Of a stretch of 32,000 nucleotides of DNA, positions 1-8,465 are shown piece after piece. Positions within the stretch are counted from its first letter, which is position 1. Every line of letters starts with the position of its first letter. This stretch comes from Geobacter sulfurreducens PCA (GTDB lineage: Bacteria; Desulfobacterota; Desulfuromonadia; Geobacterales; Geobacteraceae). The stretch is from contig NC_002939.5 of assembly GCF_000007985.2 (NCBI RefSeq), forward strand, positions 2,730,001 through 2,762,000. Direction: 5' to 3'. A model generated the notes under the pieces. That model searched no databases and was not told the DNA's origin. It was given only the letters and a program-made list of their open reading frames with translations. The translations under genes and the position numbers were made by a program.

Positions 1-288
1 ACCGACGAGCCCTTTGACGTGAGGACGAAGCTGACGCGGGGAATCGGCACCGGGCTCGATGCCTTCGAGGTCAACGCCGGCTACATGGAGCGGCTGGACA
101 TCGAGAAACTGCTCAAGAAACACGGGGTCGAGGAAAAGGTCATCTTTTACGGCATCGAGGACATCGACACCAGCAACCCCGTCTGGCGGATCTTTGCCAC
201 CATCAAGCGCCAGAGTGCCAACTTCGTCCAGTTCAACAAGCTGCCGGTCAGCAAGCTTCAGGGGGTGGTGACGCGGGTCGAAATGTAG
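1..288 (+). CDS. 3' end of a CDS entering from the left edge; product not recognised
   Basis: Frame 1 is open from base 1 to TAG 286-288; the track ORF 19..288 merely starts at an internal GTG. Codon usage resembles the neighbours. No family is recognisable from the last ~95 residues. Confidence 0.5.
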   Translation, partial: TDEPFDVRTKLTRGIGTGLDAFEVNAGYMERLDIEKLLKKHGVEEKVIFYGIEDIDTSNPVWRIFATIKRQSANFVQFNKLPVSKLQGVVTRVEM

Positions 289-311
289 CAGGGACGTTTT
301 TCAACAGCCTG

Positions 312-1631
312 TTAGGTGTTCAGGAAGGTTTCAAAGGCCTGCCGGAGCGGAGCCCCCTCCCCTTCGACCACGTTGTAGAAGGCGCGCAGCACCGGCCGGC
401 CGGTGCCGGTGAGGCGAGCGATGTCGATGGGGGTGGCGGCCACCACCAAGTCGCACGGTACCGAGTCGATGGTCAGGGCCAGGTCGGCCACCTGGGCGGG
501 GCTGTAGCCCATGGCCGGGAGGACCGGCCCGATGTGGGGCCAGGCGGCATAGACATCCCGCAGCGAGCCCGCCGCCCAGGGGCGCGGGTCGACCACCTCC
601 GCGGCGCCGTACTGGCGGGCTGCGGCAAGCCCGGCGCCCGAGGGCATGGAGCCGTGGGTGATGGTGGGGCCGTCCTCGATCACCAGCACCCGCTTCCCCC
701 TGATCCGTTCGCCGTCCGCCACGGTGATGACCGATTCCGTCCGCACCAGCGCGGCCGACGGGTTCGCGCTCCGGGCCGCCCCCTCCACCGCCGCCACGGC
801 CGCCGGTTCCGCGGCGTTCACCTTGTTCACCACCACCACTGCCGCCCGGCGCAGGTTCACCTCCCCCGGATACCAGGAGGTTTCATGGCCGGGGCGCAGG
901 GGGTCCGCCACCACGATCTCCAGGTCGGGTCGGAAAAAGGGGAGGTCGTTGTTCCCCCCGTCCCAGATGATGACCGCCGCTTCCTTCTCCGCCCGTCGCA
1001 GAATCCGGCGGTAATCCACCCCGGCGTAAACGATGGCCCCGTGGTCCAGGAGGTGCTCGTACTCCTCCCGTTCCTCGATGGTGCACCGGAAGCGGTCCAG
1101 GTCGGCCATGCTCTCCATCCGCTCCACGGCCTGGGCGGCCAGGTCACCGTAGGGCATGGGGTGGCGGACCACCACGGGGCGGATTCCCCGCTCCCGCAGG
1201 ATATCGCAGAAATAGCGGACCACCTGGCTCTTGCCGCAGCCGGTGCGCACCGCGCAGACCGAGACCACCGGGAGCCGGCTCGCGAGCATGGTGGCGTCGG
1301 GCCCCAGCAGGGTGAAATCGGCCCCGCAGGCCAGCACGCGGGAGGCCGTGTGCATCAGGCGCTCATGGGCCACGTCGCTGTAGGCGAATACCACCTGCTC
1401 CGCCCTGAGGCGGCGGATGAGCTCCTCCAGCTGCTCTTCGGGGACAATGGGGATGCCGTGGGGATAGAGTGTTCCGGCCAGCTCCGCCGGGTAGCGCCGG
1501 TCGCTGATGTAGGGAATCTGGGTTGCGGTGAAGGCCACCACCCGGCAGGCCGGGTTGTCCCGGAAGCAGCAGTTGAAGTTGTGAAAGTCCCGCCCGGCCG
1601 CCCCCATGATGATGATCCGTTTCCGCTTCAT
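312..1631 (-). CDS. COG2403-type P-loop protein (cyclic 2,3-diphosphoglycerate synthetase-like / predicted GTPase domain)
   Basis: 439-aa ORF. Its ATG overlaps the upstream arcC stop (ATGA at 1628-1631). N-terminal IIIMGAAGRDFHNF, Walker-A-like VRTGCGKSQ and IIWDGGNND fit the architecture I remember for COG2403. Confidence 0.65.
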   Translation of the reverse strand: MKRKRIIIMGAAGRDFHNFNCCFRDNPACRVVAFTATQIPYISDRRYPAELAGTLYPHGIPIVPEEQLEELIRRLRAEQVVFAYSDVAHERLMHTASRVLACGADFTLLGPDATMLASRLPVVSVCAVRTGCGKSQVVRYFCDILRERGIRPVVVRHPMPYGDLAAQAVERMESMADLDRFRCTIEEREEYEHLLDHGAIVYAGVDYRRILRRAEKEAAVIIWDGGNNDLPFFRPDLEIVVADPLRPGHETSWYPGEVNLRRAAVVVVNKVNAAEPAAVAAVEGAARSANPSAALVRTESVITVADGERIRGKRVLVIEDGPTITHGSMPSGAGLAAARQYGAAEVVDPRPWAAGSLRDVYAAWPHIGPVLPAMGYSPAQVADLALTIDSVPCDLVVAATPIDIARLTGTGRPVLRAFYNVVEGEGAPLRQAFETFLNT

Positions 1632-2572
1632 GTCGTCCCTCCGGTTATCTCAGTCCCCGCCGTTCCCGCCACCGCGGCCTCGATCTCGTCCAGATGGCAG
1701 ATGACGGCCCGCGTGCCGCCCCCCCGGACAAAGCGGACGGCCGCCTCCACCTTCGGCCCCATGGAGCCGGGAGGAAACTCGCCCGCCGCCAGCAACTGCT
1801 CCGCCCGCGCCGCGTCCAGCCGCCGCAGGAACGTCTCCCCTGCCGTGCCGAAGCCGGTGGCCACCCCGGCCACGTCCGTGGCGATGACCAGGGTATCCAC
1901 CCCCACTTCCCGGCCGAGGCAGGCGCTGGCCAGGTCCTTGTCGATCACCGCATCCACGCCGTGAAAGGCGCGGCCCTCCCGGGTCACGGGGATGCCGCCG
2001 CCCCCGCAGCAGACCACGATGAAATCCATCTCCACCAGCCGTTGGATCTCGTCCTTCTCCACCACGGTCAGGGGCTCGGGCGAGGCCACCACCCGGCGGA
2101 ATCCCCGGGGGGTGCTCACCATGGGCCAGGTGAAGCGCGCGGCCTCCTCCGCCGTGTAGTGGGGGCCGATGGGCTTGGTGGGGGTGCGGAACGCGGGATC
2201 GTCCTCCGCCACCTGCACGTAGCTGATCAGGCTCACCAGGCACCGCTTCGCCCCGCCCAGGGCCAGGAGTTCGCTCTCCAGGGTCGATTCGATCATGTAG
2301 CCGATCTGCCCCTGGGTCTGGGCCACCAGGATCTCCAGGGGCATGGCCGGCACCTCGGCGCATGACTCCTGCTGCATGAGGAGGTTGCCCACCTGGGGCC
2401 CGTTGCCGTGGGTGATGATGAGCCGGTACCGGTCGGTCAACCGGGCGATCTGCCCCATGGGACGCCGCAGGTTGGCGAACTGCTCCGCGCAGGTCCCCCG
2501 TTCGCCAGGGCGGATCAGGGCGTTGCCGCCGAGGGCAACCAGCAGGATGGGCCGGGTCGGGCTGTCGGTCAT
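1628..2572 (-). CDS. arcC: carbamate kinase
   Basis: 314 aa from ATG 2572, preceded by AGGGGAGAA SD; the track start 2629 is an upstream extension. Motifs LVALGGNAL, ITHGNGPQVGNLL and VVCCGGGGIPV are typical of carbamate kinase (amino-acid kinase fold). Confidence 0.85.
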   Translation of the reverse strand: MTDSPTRPILLVALGGNALIRPGERGTCAEQFANLRRPMGQIARLTDRYRLIITHGNGPQVGNLLMQQESCAEVPAMPLEILVAQTQGQIGYMIESTLESELLALGGAKRCLVSLISYVQVAEDDPAFRTPTKPIGPHYTAEEAARFTWPMVSTPRGFRRVVASPEPLTVVEKDEIQRLVEMDFIVVCCGGGGIPVTREGRAFHGVDAVIDKDLASACLGREVGVDTLVIATDVAGVATGFGTAGETFLRRLDAARAEQLLAAGEFPPGSMGPKVEAAVRFVRGGGTRAVICHLDEIEAAVAGTAGTEITGGTT

Positions 2573-2680
2573 GGGTTCTCCCCTGTGGTGATCTGTCTGC
2601 CGCGGCCGGTGCCGGGGCGCGGTTTTCATGAATGACTCTGGAATGGTACCACAGGGATCGGCCGGATGCAGGCCCGACCA

Positions 2681-2709
2681 TTGACAACCGCGCCGGCAGG
2701 GGCTTTACT
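2681..2709 (+). promoter_or_regulatory. candidate sigma-70 promoter for the LOR/SDH-type gene (TTGACA-17-TTTACT)
   Basis: TTGACA at 2681-2686, a 17-nt spacer and TTTACT at 2704-2709, about 40 nt upstream of ATG 2749 in the divergent intergenic region. Confidence 0.4.
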
Positions 2710-2748
2710 TTGCCTGACGCTACCGAGATTTTCCTGGGAGGTACGGCC

Positions 2749-3840
2749 ATGACACCTTTTCCCGCCTATGTTCCCCCCGACTTCACCCGGCCCGACCTGG
2801 CCGCCGCGCCGCCGGTCCGCGTGGCCGAGGCCCCCGGCAGCGGCGTGCTCCCCGCCGGGTTTCACGCCACCTCAAACTATCCCGAATACGTCCACCTGGG
2901 GGGCGGTCGCTGGCTCCTGGCCTCGGGAAGCAGAATGGACGCGGTGCTGGTGCTGGACGGCGACATGCTCAGGGTGGTGGAACCCCGCCTGGTCCGGCGG
3001 GGAGACCGGGTGGTGGTGGGGCGGACCGAGAACGGCGAAGAAGGGATCTACGTGCACACCACGGGGTTCGACGCCCCGGCCGGGGCGGGGGGAGACAAGT
3101 TCACCTTCCGCAGCCGCGGCACCCGGGAGAGCCCCTTTTCCCGCTCCTATGAAGAGTTGTACGACATCCTGCGCCACGACCGGGACCACGGCCACATCGT
3201 CTGGGTCCTCGGGCCCGCCGTGGCGTTCGACCGGGACAGCCGCGCCGCCATGGCCGGCCTGATCGGCGGGGGCTACTGCCACGCGCTCCTGGCCGGCAAC
3301 GCCCTGGCCACCCACGATCTGGAGGCGGCCCTGTTCCACACCGGCCTCGGCCAGGACATCTACACCCAGGCCCTGGTGGCCGGCGGGCATTACCACCACC
3401 TGGACGTCATCAACGAAGTCCTGCGGCACGGCTCCCTGGAACGGGCCATCGCCGAGCTGGGGATTCGCGACGGGATCATCCGCGCCTGCCTGGAGCACCG
3501 GGTGCCGGTGGTCCTGGCGGGCTCCATCCGGGACGACGGCCCGCTCCCCGACGTGATCACCGATTCCCGCCAGGCCCAGGACGCCATGCGCGCCCACGCC
3601 CGACGGGCCACCACGGTCATCGCCCTGGCCACCCAGCTGCACGCCATTGCCGTGGGCAACATGACCCCCAGCTACAGGGTGCTGGATGACGGCACCGTGC
3701 GGCCGGTATATTTCTATATCGTGGACATGTCCGAATTCGGGGCCGACAAGCTGGCCAACCGCGGGTCCGGCCAGGCCCGGGCCATCCTCACCAACGTGCA
3801 GGATTTCATGGTCAATCTCTGGAACAATCTCAAGGGATGA
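2749..3840 (+). CDS. LOR/SDH-domain protein of TIGR00300 type (archaeal-type ornithine cyclodeaminase / ArgZ C-terminal-like)
   Basis: 363 aa from ATG 2749 (GGGAGG SD 7 nt upstream; the track start 2632 is an extension). It contains LAGSIRDDGPLPDVITD and GNALATHDLE, which I associate with the LOR/SDH conserved region. It is divergent from arcC. Confidence 0.6.
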   Translation: MTPFPAYVPPDFTRPDLAAAPPVRVAEAPGSGVLPAGFHATSNYPEYVHLGGGRWLLASGSRMDAVLVLDGDMLRVVEPRLVRRGDRVVVGRTENGEEGIYVHTTGFDAPAGAGGDKFTFRSRGTRESPFSRSYEELYDILRHDRDHGHIVWVLGPAVAFDRDSRAAMAGLIGGGYCHALLAGNALATHDLEAALFHTGLGQDIYTQALVAGGHYHHLDVINEVLRHGSLERAIAELGIRDGIIRACLEHRVPVVLAGSIRDDGPLPDVITDSRQAQDAMRAHARRATTVIALATQLHAIAVGNMTPSYRVLDDGTVRPVYFYIVDMSEFGADKLANRGSGQARAILTNVQDFMVNLWNNLKG

Positions 3841-3945
3841 CCCTCCCCTCGCGGGCTTGTCACGGCACGGCCGTTCGTGGTAGCCTTGTCGGCAGTGGCG
3901 GCTCTTCCGGCCGCCATCGGCATTCACGGACCGGGAAGGACCACC

Positions 3946-5334
3946 ATGAACGAGTCAGGTTTTCTCATCGACACCCACGCCCATATCGACGGCCACGACT
4001 TTGCGGCCGATTTCGACGCCATGCTCTCCCGCGCCTGGGAGGCGGGGCTTTCCCACATCGTCACGGTAGGGGCTGACCTGGAGTCCAGCCGGGCCGCAGT
4101 GGCACTGGCCGGCCGCCACGAGCGGATCTGGTGCGCCGTGGGCATCCATCCCCACGACGCGGGGCGGGTGACCGACCGCTGCTACGACGAGATCAGGACC
4201 CTGGCCCAGGGGAACCCCAAGGTGGCGGCCATCGGCGAAATCGGGCTCGACTTCTTCCGGGACCGCTCGCCCCGCGACGAGCAGGAACAGGTCTTCCGCC
4301 GCTTCATCAGGCTGGCCCGGGAACTGGCATTGCCCATCGTGGTGCACGACCGCGACGCCCACGAGCGGGTCATGGCGATCCTGCGCGAGGAAAAGGCCCG
4401 GGACGTGGGTGGCGTGCTCCACTGCTTCTCCGGCGACCTGGCCATGGCCAGGGAATGCGTGGACATGGGCTTCCTGATCTCCATCCCCGGCACCGTCACC
4501 TACCCTTCCAACGAAGCCCTGCGCGAGGTGGTGCGCGGCGTCAAGATCGAGCACCTGCTGGTGGAGACCGACTGTCCCTACCTCACCCCGGTCCCCCACC
4601 GCGGGAAGCGGAACGAGCCGGCCTACGTGCGGCTCACCGCCGAAAAAGTGGCGGAACTGAAAGGGCTCTCCCTGGAGGACGTGGGACGGATCACCTCCCT
4701 CAACGCCCGGCGGCTCTTCGGCATCGGGGAGAGCGACCAGGCGGCCCGGATCGCCTACCGGATCAGGAACTCCCTCTACCTGAACATCACCAACCGCTGC
4801 TCAAACCGCTGTTCCTTCTGCGCCAAGTTCGACGACTACACGGTGAAAGGACACCACCTCCGGCTGGACCACGAGCCGGACAGCGCCGAGGTGCTGGCTG
4901 CCGTCGGTGAGCCGGGGCCGGTGGATGAAATCGTCTTCTGCGGCTTCGGCGAGCCCATGCTCCGCCTCGACCTGATCGTGGAAGTGGCGCGGGAACTGAA
5001 GAAACGCGGCTTCCGCATCCGTATCAACACCGACGGCCAGGCGAACCTGGTCCACGGCCGCAACGTCCTGCCCGAACTGCAAGGCCTGGTGGACTGCATC
5101 TCCGTGAGCCTCAACGCCGCCGACGCCGACACGTACGCCCGCCTCTGCAACACCCCCTTCGGCACCAACGGCTTCAACGGCATCTGCCGGTTCCTGGAAG
5201 AGGCCCGGCTGTACATCCCCACGGTGGTGGCCACGGCCGTTACCGTGCCGGGCATCGACGTGGCCGCCGTGCGCGCCCTGGCCGAGTCCCTCGGCGTCGA
5301 GTTCCGGGAGCGCGAATTTGCCGAGGTGGGGTAA
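3946..5334 (+). CDS. TatD-family metal-dependent hydrolase fused to a small radical SAM domain (TatD-associated rSAM type)
   Basis: 462 aa from ATG 3946 (GGGAAGGA SD). The N-terminal half has TatD motifs (IDTHAHID, GEIGLDF, VVHDRDAH, LHCFSG, VETDCPYLTP). The C-terminal ~195 aa carries CSNRCSFC (Cx3Cx2C, Cys codons at 4798, 4810, 4819) plus a GFGEPML glycine motif. Confidence 0.8.
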   Translation: MNESGFLIDTHAHIDGHDFAADFDAMLSRAWEAGLSHIVTVGADLESSRAAVALAGRHERIWCAVGIHPHDAGRVTDRCYDEIRTLAQGNPKVAAIGEIGLDFFRDRSPRDEQEQVFRRFIRLARELALPIVVHDRDAHERVMAILREEKARDVGGVLHCFSGDLAMARECVDMGFLISIPGTVTYPSNEALREVVRGVKIEHLLVETDCPYLTPVPHRGKRNEPAYVRLTAEKVAELKGLSLEDVGRITSLNARRLFGIGESDQAARIAYRIRNSLYLNITNRCSNRCSFCAKFDDYTVKGHHLRLDHEPDSAEVLAAVGEPGPVDEIVFCGFGEPMLRLDLIVEVARELKKRGFRIRINTDGQANLVHGRNVLPELQGLVDCISVSLNAADADTYARLCNTPFGTNGFNGICRFLEEARLYIPTVVATAVTVPGIDVAAVRALAESLGVEFREREFAEVG

Positions 5335-5511
5335 GCCCCGCCTCGGATGCATCCCCCTTTCGCATCCTCGCACGCAACCATTACCCCTCGCATTTCTGCA
5401 AACCTCATCGCGCCGATGCGGGGCATCATTGCAACCGCCCGATTTTAAAAGAATATCTTCCCATCACACCCCGCAGGTCACCGGCCGATGGCCCCAAAAG
5501 GTATAACCTGA

Positions 5512-5527
5512 TTTGCAGTTATGCAAA
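5512..5527 (+). promoter_or_regulatory. inverted repeat TTTGCA-N4-TGCAAA, candidate enhancer (UAS) for a sigma-54 activator
   Basis: A perfect 6+6 inverted repeat centred about 105 bp upstream of the -24 element at 5625, with an AT-rich bendable tract in between. Confidence 0.35.
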
Positions 5528-5623
5528 ATCTCTCGAACCCTCCGTGATTCCCCGCGCATTTTTTTGCCGTTATAACATTATGTTTTTTCGTTACTTTTTA
5601 AAATAAACATAATTTTATAACAA

Positions 5624-5639
5624 TGGTATGCAAGTTGCT
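5624..5639 (+). promoter_or_regulatory. sigma-54 (-24/-12) promoter TGGTATG-N4-TTGCT
   Basis: TGGTATGCAAGTTGCT matches TGGCACG-N4-TTGCW, with GG at 5625-5626 and GC at 5637-5638 at the exact consensus spacing. It lies about 65 nt upstream of ATG 5705. Confidence 0.6.
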
Positions 5640-5704
5640 CTACCTCAAACAAACGCACTTCGTTCGTCCACAGAGTCTGAACTCGTTCATAAGGAGGTAG
5701 CGCG

Positions 5705-7072
5705 ATGTCGGAACAAGTCAAAAACAAGGGGTGGCAAGTAGCCCTCGCCGGCACCGGGATCAACCTGGCACTCGGCGTTCTCTACGCATGGAGTATCTTC
5801 AAGGGCGCCATCAAGACGTCAATCGAGAAGGGGGGCCCGGGGGCCTTCGACTGGGACCTGGCTTCCATCAATGACCCCTACGCGGTCTGCTGCCTGACCT
5901 TCGCCTTTGCCATGATCCTTGCCGGCAAGTGCCAGGACAAGATCGGTCCGGCCCGCACCGCCCTCATCGGCGGCCTGCTGGTGGGCATCGGCTTCACCCT
6001 CCTCTCCCAGAGCAATGCCTACATGGCATGGGTCATGGGCTTCGGCATCCTGGCCGGCGCCGGCTTCGGCTTCGGCTACTCCGCCGCCACGCCGCCGGCC
6101 CTCAAGTGGTTCCCCTCGTCCAAGACGGGCCTCATCGCCGGAATCGTGGTGGCCGGCTTCGGCCTTGCCCCGGTTTACATCGCTCCGGTCTCCAGCTATC
6201 TCCTGGGCACCGTGGGCATCCAGCAGGCCATGCTGATCTACGCCGTCGCCTTCGCGATCGTCGTCTGCGGCCTCTCCTTCTTCCTGGTCAACCCGCCAGC
6301 CGGCTACGTGCCTGCCGACGTTCCCAAGGCCGACGGCACGGCCAAGGCGGCCCCGGCCAAGCCGGCGGTCAATGCCACGGCATCCGAGATGCTCCGCTCC
6401 GGCAAGTTCTACATTCTCTGGGTCACCTACTTCATCGGCGCCGGCGCCGGCCTCATGGTCATCGGCAGCGTGGCCGGCATCGCCAAGAAGAGCATGGGGA
6501 GCATGGCGTTCCTGGCAGTTGCGATCATGGCCCTTGGCAACGCGGGCGGCCGGGTCGTGGCGGGCGTCCTCTCCGACAAGATCGGCCGGATGGCGACGCT
6601 GCTCATCATGTTCGTGTTCCAGGCAGTCCTCATGTTCGCGGCCATCCCGGTCGTGGGAGCCGGGCACCCCAACGCCGTCCTCGTGGTGCTGCTGGCAACC
6701 TTCATGGGCTTCAACTACGGCGCCAACCTGGCCCTGTTCCCCTCCTTCAGCAAGGATTACTGGGGACTCAAGAACTACGGCCTCAACTACGGCATCCTGT
6801 TCACCGCCTGGGGCGTGGGCGGCTTCGTGATGGGACGCGCTTCCGAGATGCTGAACACCCAGACCGGCAGCTTCAACGCCTCCTTCATCCTGGCCGGCGC
6901 GCTGCTCTCGGTGGGCGCCCTCGTCTCCCTGGCACTGAAGCCGGCAAAGGCCGCCACCCCGGCCACCGCCGCGGCGCAGCCGGTTCCCCGCAACGACTTC
7001 ATGGAGAGCTTCATGCGCGGTTGGGCCGACTTCCTCGGCTTCACCCCCTCCACCCCGCGCGGCACCCGCTAA
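5705..7072 (+). CDS. MFS transporter, oxalate/formate antiporter (OFA)-like family
   Basis: 455 aa with AAGGAGG SD 7 nt upstream and about 12 hydrophobic segments. The N-terminus KGWQVALAGTGINLALGVLYAWSIF is typical of OFA-type MFS proteins as I remember them. Confidence 0.8.
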   Translation: MSEQVKNKGWQVALAGTGINLALGVLYAWSIFKGAIKTSIEKGGPGAFDWDLASINDPYAVCCLTFAFAMILAGKCQDKIGPARTALIGGLLVGIGFTLLSQSNAYMAWVMGFGILAGAGFGFGYSAATPPALKWFPSSKTGLIAGIVVAGFGLAPVYIAPVSSYLLGTVGIQQAMLIYAVAFAIVVCGLSFFLVNPPAGYVPADVPKADGTAKAAPAKPAVNATASEMLRSGKFYILWVTYFIGAGAGLMVIGSVAGIAKKSMGSMAFLAVAIMALGNAGGRVVAGVLSDKIGRMATLLIMFVFQAVLMFAAIPVVGAGHPNAVLVVLLATFMGFNYGANLALFPSFSKDYWGLKNYGLNYGILFTAWGVGGFVMGRASEMLNTQTGSFNASFILAGALLSVGALVSLALKPAKAATPATAAAQPVPRNDFMESFMRGWADFLGFTPSTPRGTR

Positions 7073-7105
7073 CCGCCGCCCGAGCGATCACACACGCAGC
7101 AGACA

Positions 7106-7137
7106 GAGGCCCCGTTCCGACGGGGCCTCTTTTTTTC
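7106..7137 (+). terminator. rho-independent terminator after the OFA transporter
   Basis: GAGGCCCCG (7106-7114) pairs with CGGGGCCTC (7121-7129) across a 6-nt loop, followed by T7. Confidence 0.85.
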
Positions 7138-7155
7138 AGCCGCCGGTCAATTCCG

Positions 7156-7184
7156 TTGTCCCAGTGAATCAATCTGGTTATACT
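7156..7184 (+). promoter_or_regulatory. candidate sigma-70 promoter (TTGTCC-17-TATACT)
   Basis: TTGTCC at 7156-7161, a 17-nt spacer and TATACT at 7179-7184, just upstream of the second MFS gene. This implies a very short leader. Confidence 0.4.
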
Positions 7185-7202
7185 TTTCCTGTTCATTAAA
7201 CC

Positions 7203-8465
7203 ATGATCGCCGGAATGCCCATGTCCGACAAGACCCGCTGGCTCCTCATACTCTGCCTGGCGCAGATATTCATCATGCTGGTGTTCATCAACTACTCGGC
7301 CGTGCTCCCGCTGCTCAAGGCCGAGTGGGGAATGAACAACACCATGGCGGGGTCGGTCTTTTCCGTCTACCAGCTGGGCTACATCGCGTCGGGTGTGATC
7401 CTGTCGGCCCTCACCGACCGGCTCAACACCAAGCGGATCTTCATCGGGGCGGCCCTCTGGTCGGGGACGGCCAACCTGCTCTTCGGCCTCTACGCCCATG
7501 ACTATGCCTCCGCCATGATCCTGCGCGCCCTGACCGGCATCGGCATGGGGGGCACCTACATGCCGGGGCTGAAGCTGGTGGCGGAGCGGTTCGAGCCGTC
7601 CAAACGGGGGCGCGCCGTGGGGATCTACGTGGGGGCGCTGGTGTTGGGGGCATCCCTGTCGCTGGCGCTGACCGGGGCCGTTGCCACGGTGGCCGGCTGG
7701 CGGGTTGCGATTCTCGTCTGCTCGGCCGGGGTCTACCTGGGCGCGGGGCTCTCCCTGATCGTCTTTCAGGGCTACGAGCAGGTCCGGCACGTGACATCAG
7801 ACCAGACCTTCCAGAAGGAAATCGTGCGCAACAAGCCGGCGTTTCTCATGATCCTGGGCTACGGCTCGCACATGTGGGAGATGTACGGCATGCGGAGCTG
7901 GCTGGCGCCGTTCTTTACGGCATCGCTGGTGCGGCAGGGGATCGATCAGGGGGCGGCCACCGGCTGGGCTGCCACCGCGGCGGCAGCCATCGTCGGCATC
8001 GGCACCTTTTCCACGGCCATCACCGGCACTCTCTCGGACCGGCTGGGCCGGACCAGGACCATCACCCTGGTCATGCTCGGCAGCGCCTCCCTGTCCTTCC
8101 TCTTCGGCTGGCTGGTCAACGTCTCCCCCTACCTGGCCGTGGCCGTGGGGCTGGTCTACGGCTACCTGATCGTTGCCGAGTCGCCGGTCTTCTCCACCGG
8201 CCTCACCGAGTTGGTGGCCCCCGGCTACCTGGGGGCGGCCATGGGGCTCCAATCGCTGGTGGGCTACTCGCTGGGGATGATCTCACCCACCGTGTTCGGC
8301 TGGGCGCTGGATCTCTGCCGGGGCTGGGAGCCCTTCCCCGGCGTGAGCGGAGAGTGGGGGATCGCCTTTGCCACGGCCGGCGTGGGGGCGCTCACGGGGC
8401 CCATCTTCATGTGGTTGCTGCGCCGCTGCCCCGAGAGCTCGCGCATGGCCGGGGGAAGGAAATGA
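7203..8465 (+). CDS. MFS transporter, substrate unknown
   Basis: 420 aa with about 12 TM segments and MFS loop motifs LTDRLNTKR and GTLSDRLGRTRT. The start is uncertain: ATG at 7203, 7215 or 7221, none with a strong SD. Confidence 0.75.
   Translation: MIAGMPMSDKTRWLLILCLAQIFIMLVFINYSAVLPLLKAEWGMNNTMAGSVFSVYQLGYIASGVILSALTDRLNTKRIFIGAALWSGTANLLFGLYAHDYASAMILRALTGIGMGGTYMPGLKLVAERFEPSKRGRAVGIYVGALVLGASLSLALTGAVATVAGWRVAILVCSAGVYLGAGLSLIVFQGYEQVRHVTSDQTFQKEIVRNKPAFLMILGYGSHMWEMYGMRSWLAPFFTASLVRQGIDQGAATGWAATAAAAIVGIGTFSTAITGTLSDRLGRTRTITLVMLGSASLSFLFGWLVNVSPYLAVAVGLVYGYLIVAESPVFSTGLTELVAPGYLGAAMGLQSLVGYSLGMISPTVFGWALDLCRGWEPFPGVSGEWGIAFATAGVGALTGPIFMWLLRRCPESSRMAGGRK

Noticed and set aside
5578-5763. 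Small ORFs in AT-rich intergenic DNA (5578-5763 minus; 11016-11246 minus; 11121-11318 plus)
   Set aside because: They have no SD and atypical composition. They overlap promoter or terminator elements or the start of a well-supported gene.
7874-8461. Upstream 196-codon extension of the histidine kinase ORF overlapping the MFS gene
   Set aside because: It is in a different frame from a well-supported MFS CDS and its translation is Gly/Arg/His-rich nonsense. A proper start (ATG 8462 followed by a TM helix) overlaps the MFS stop.
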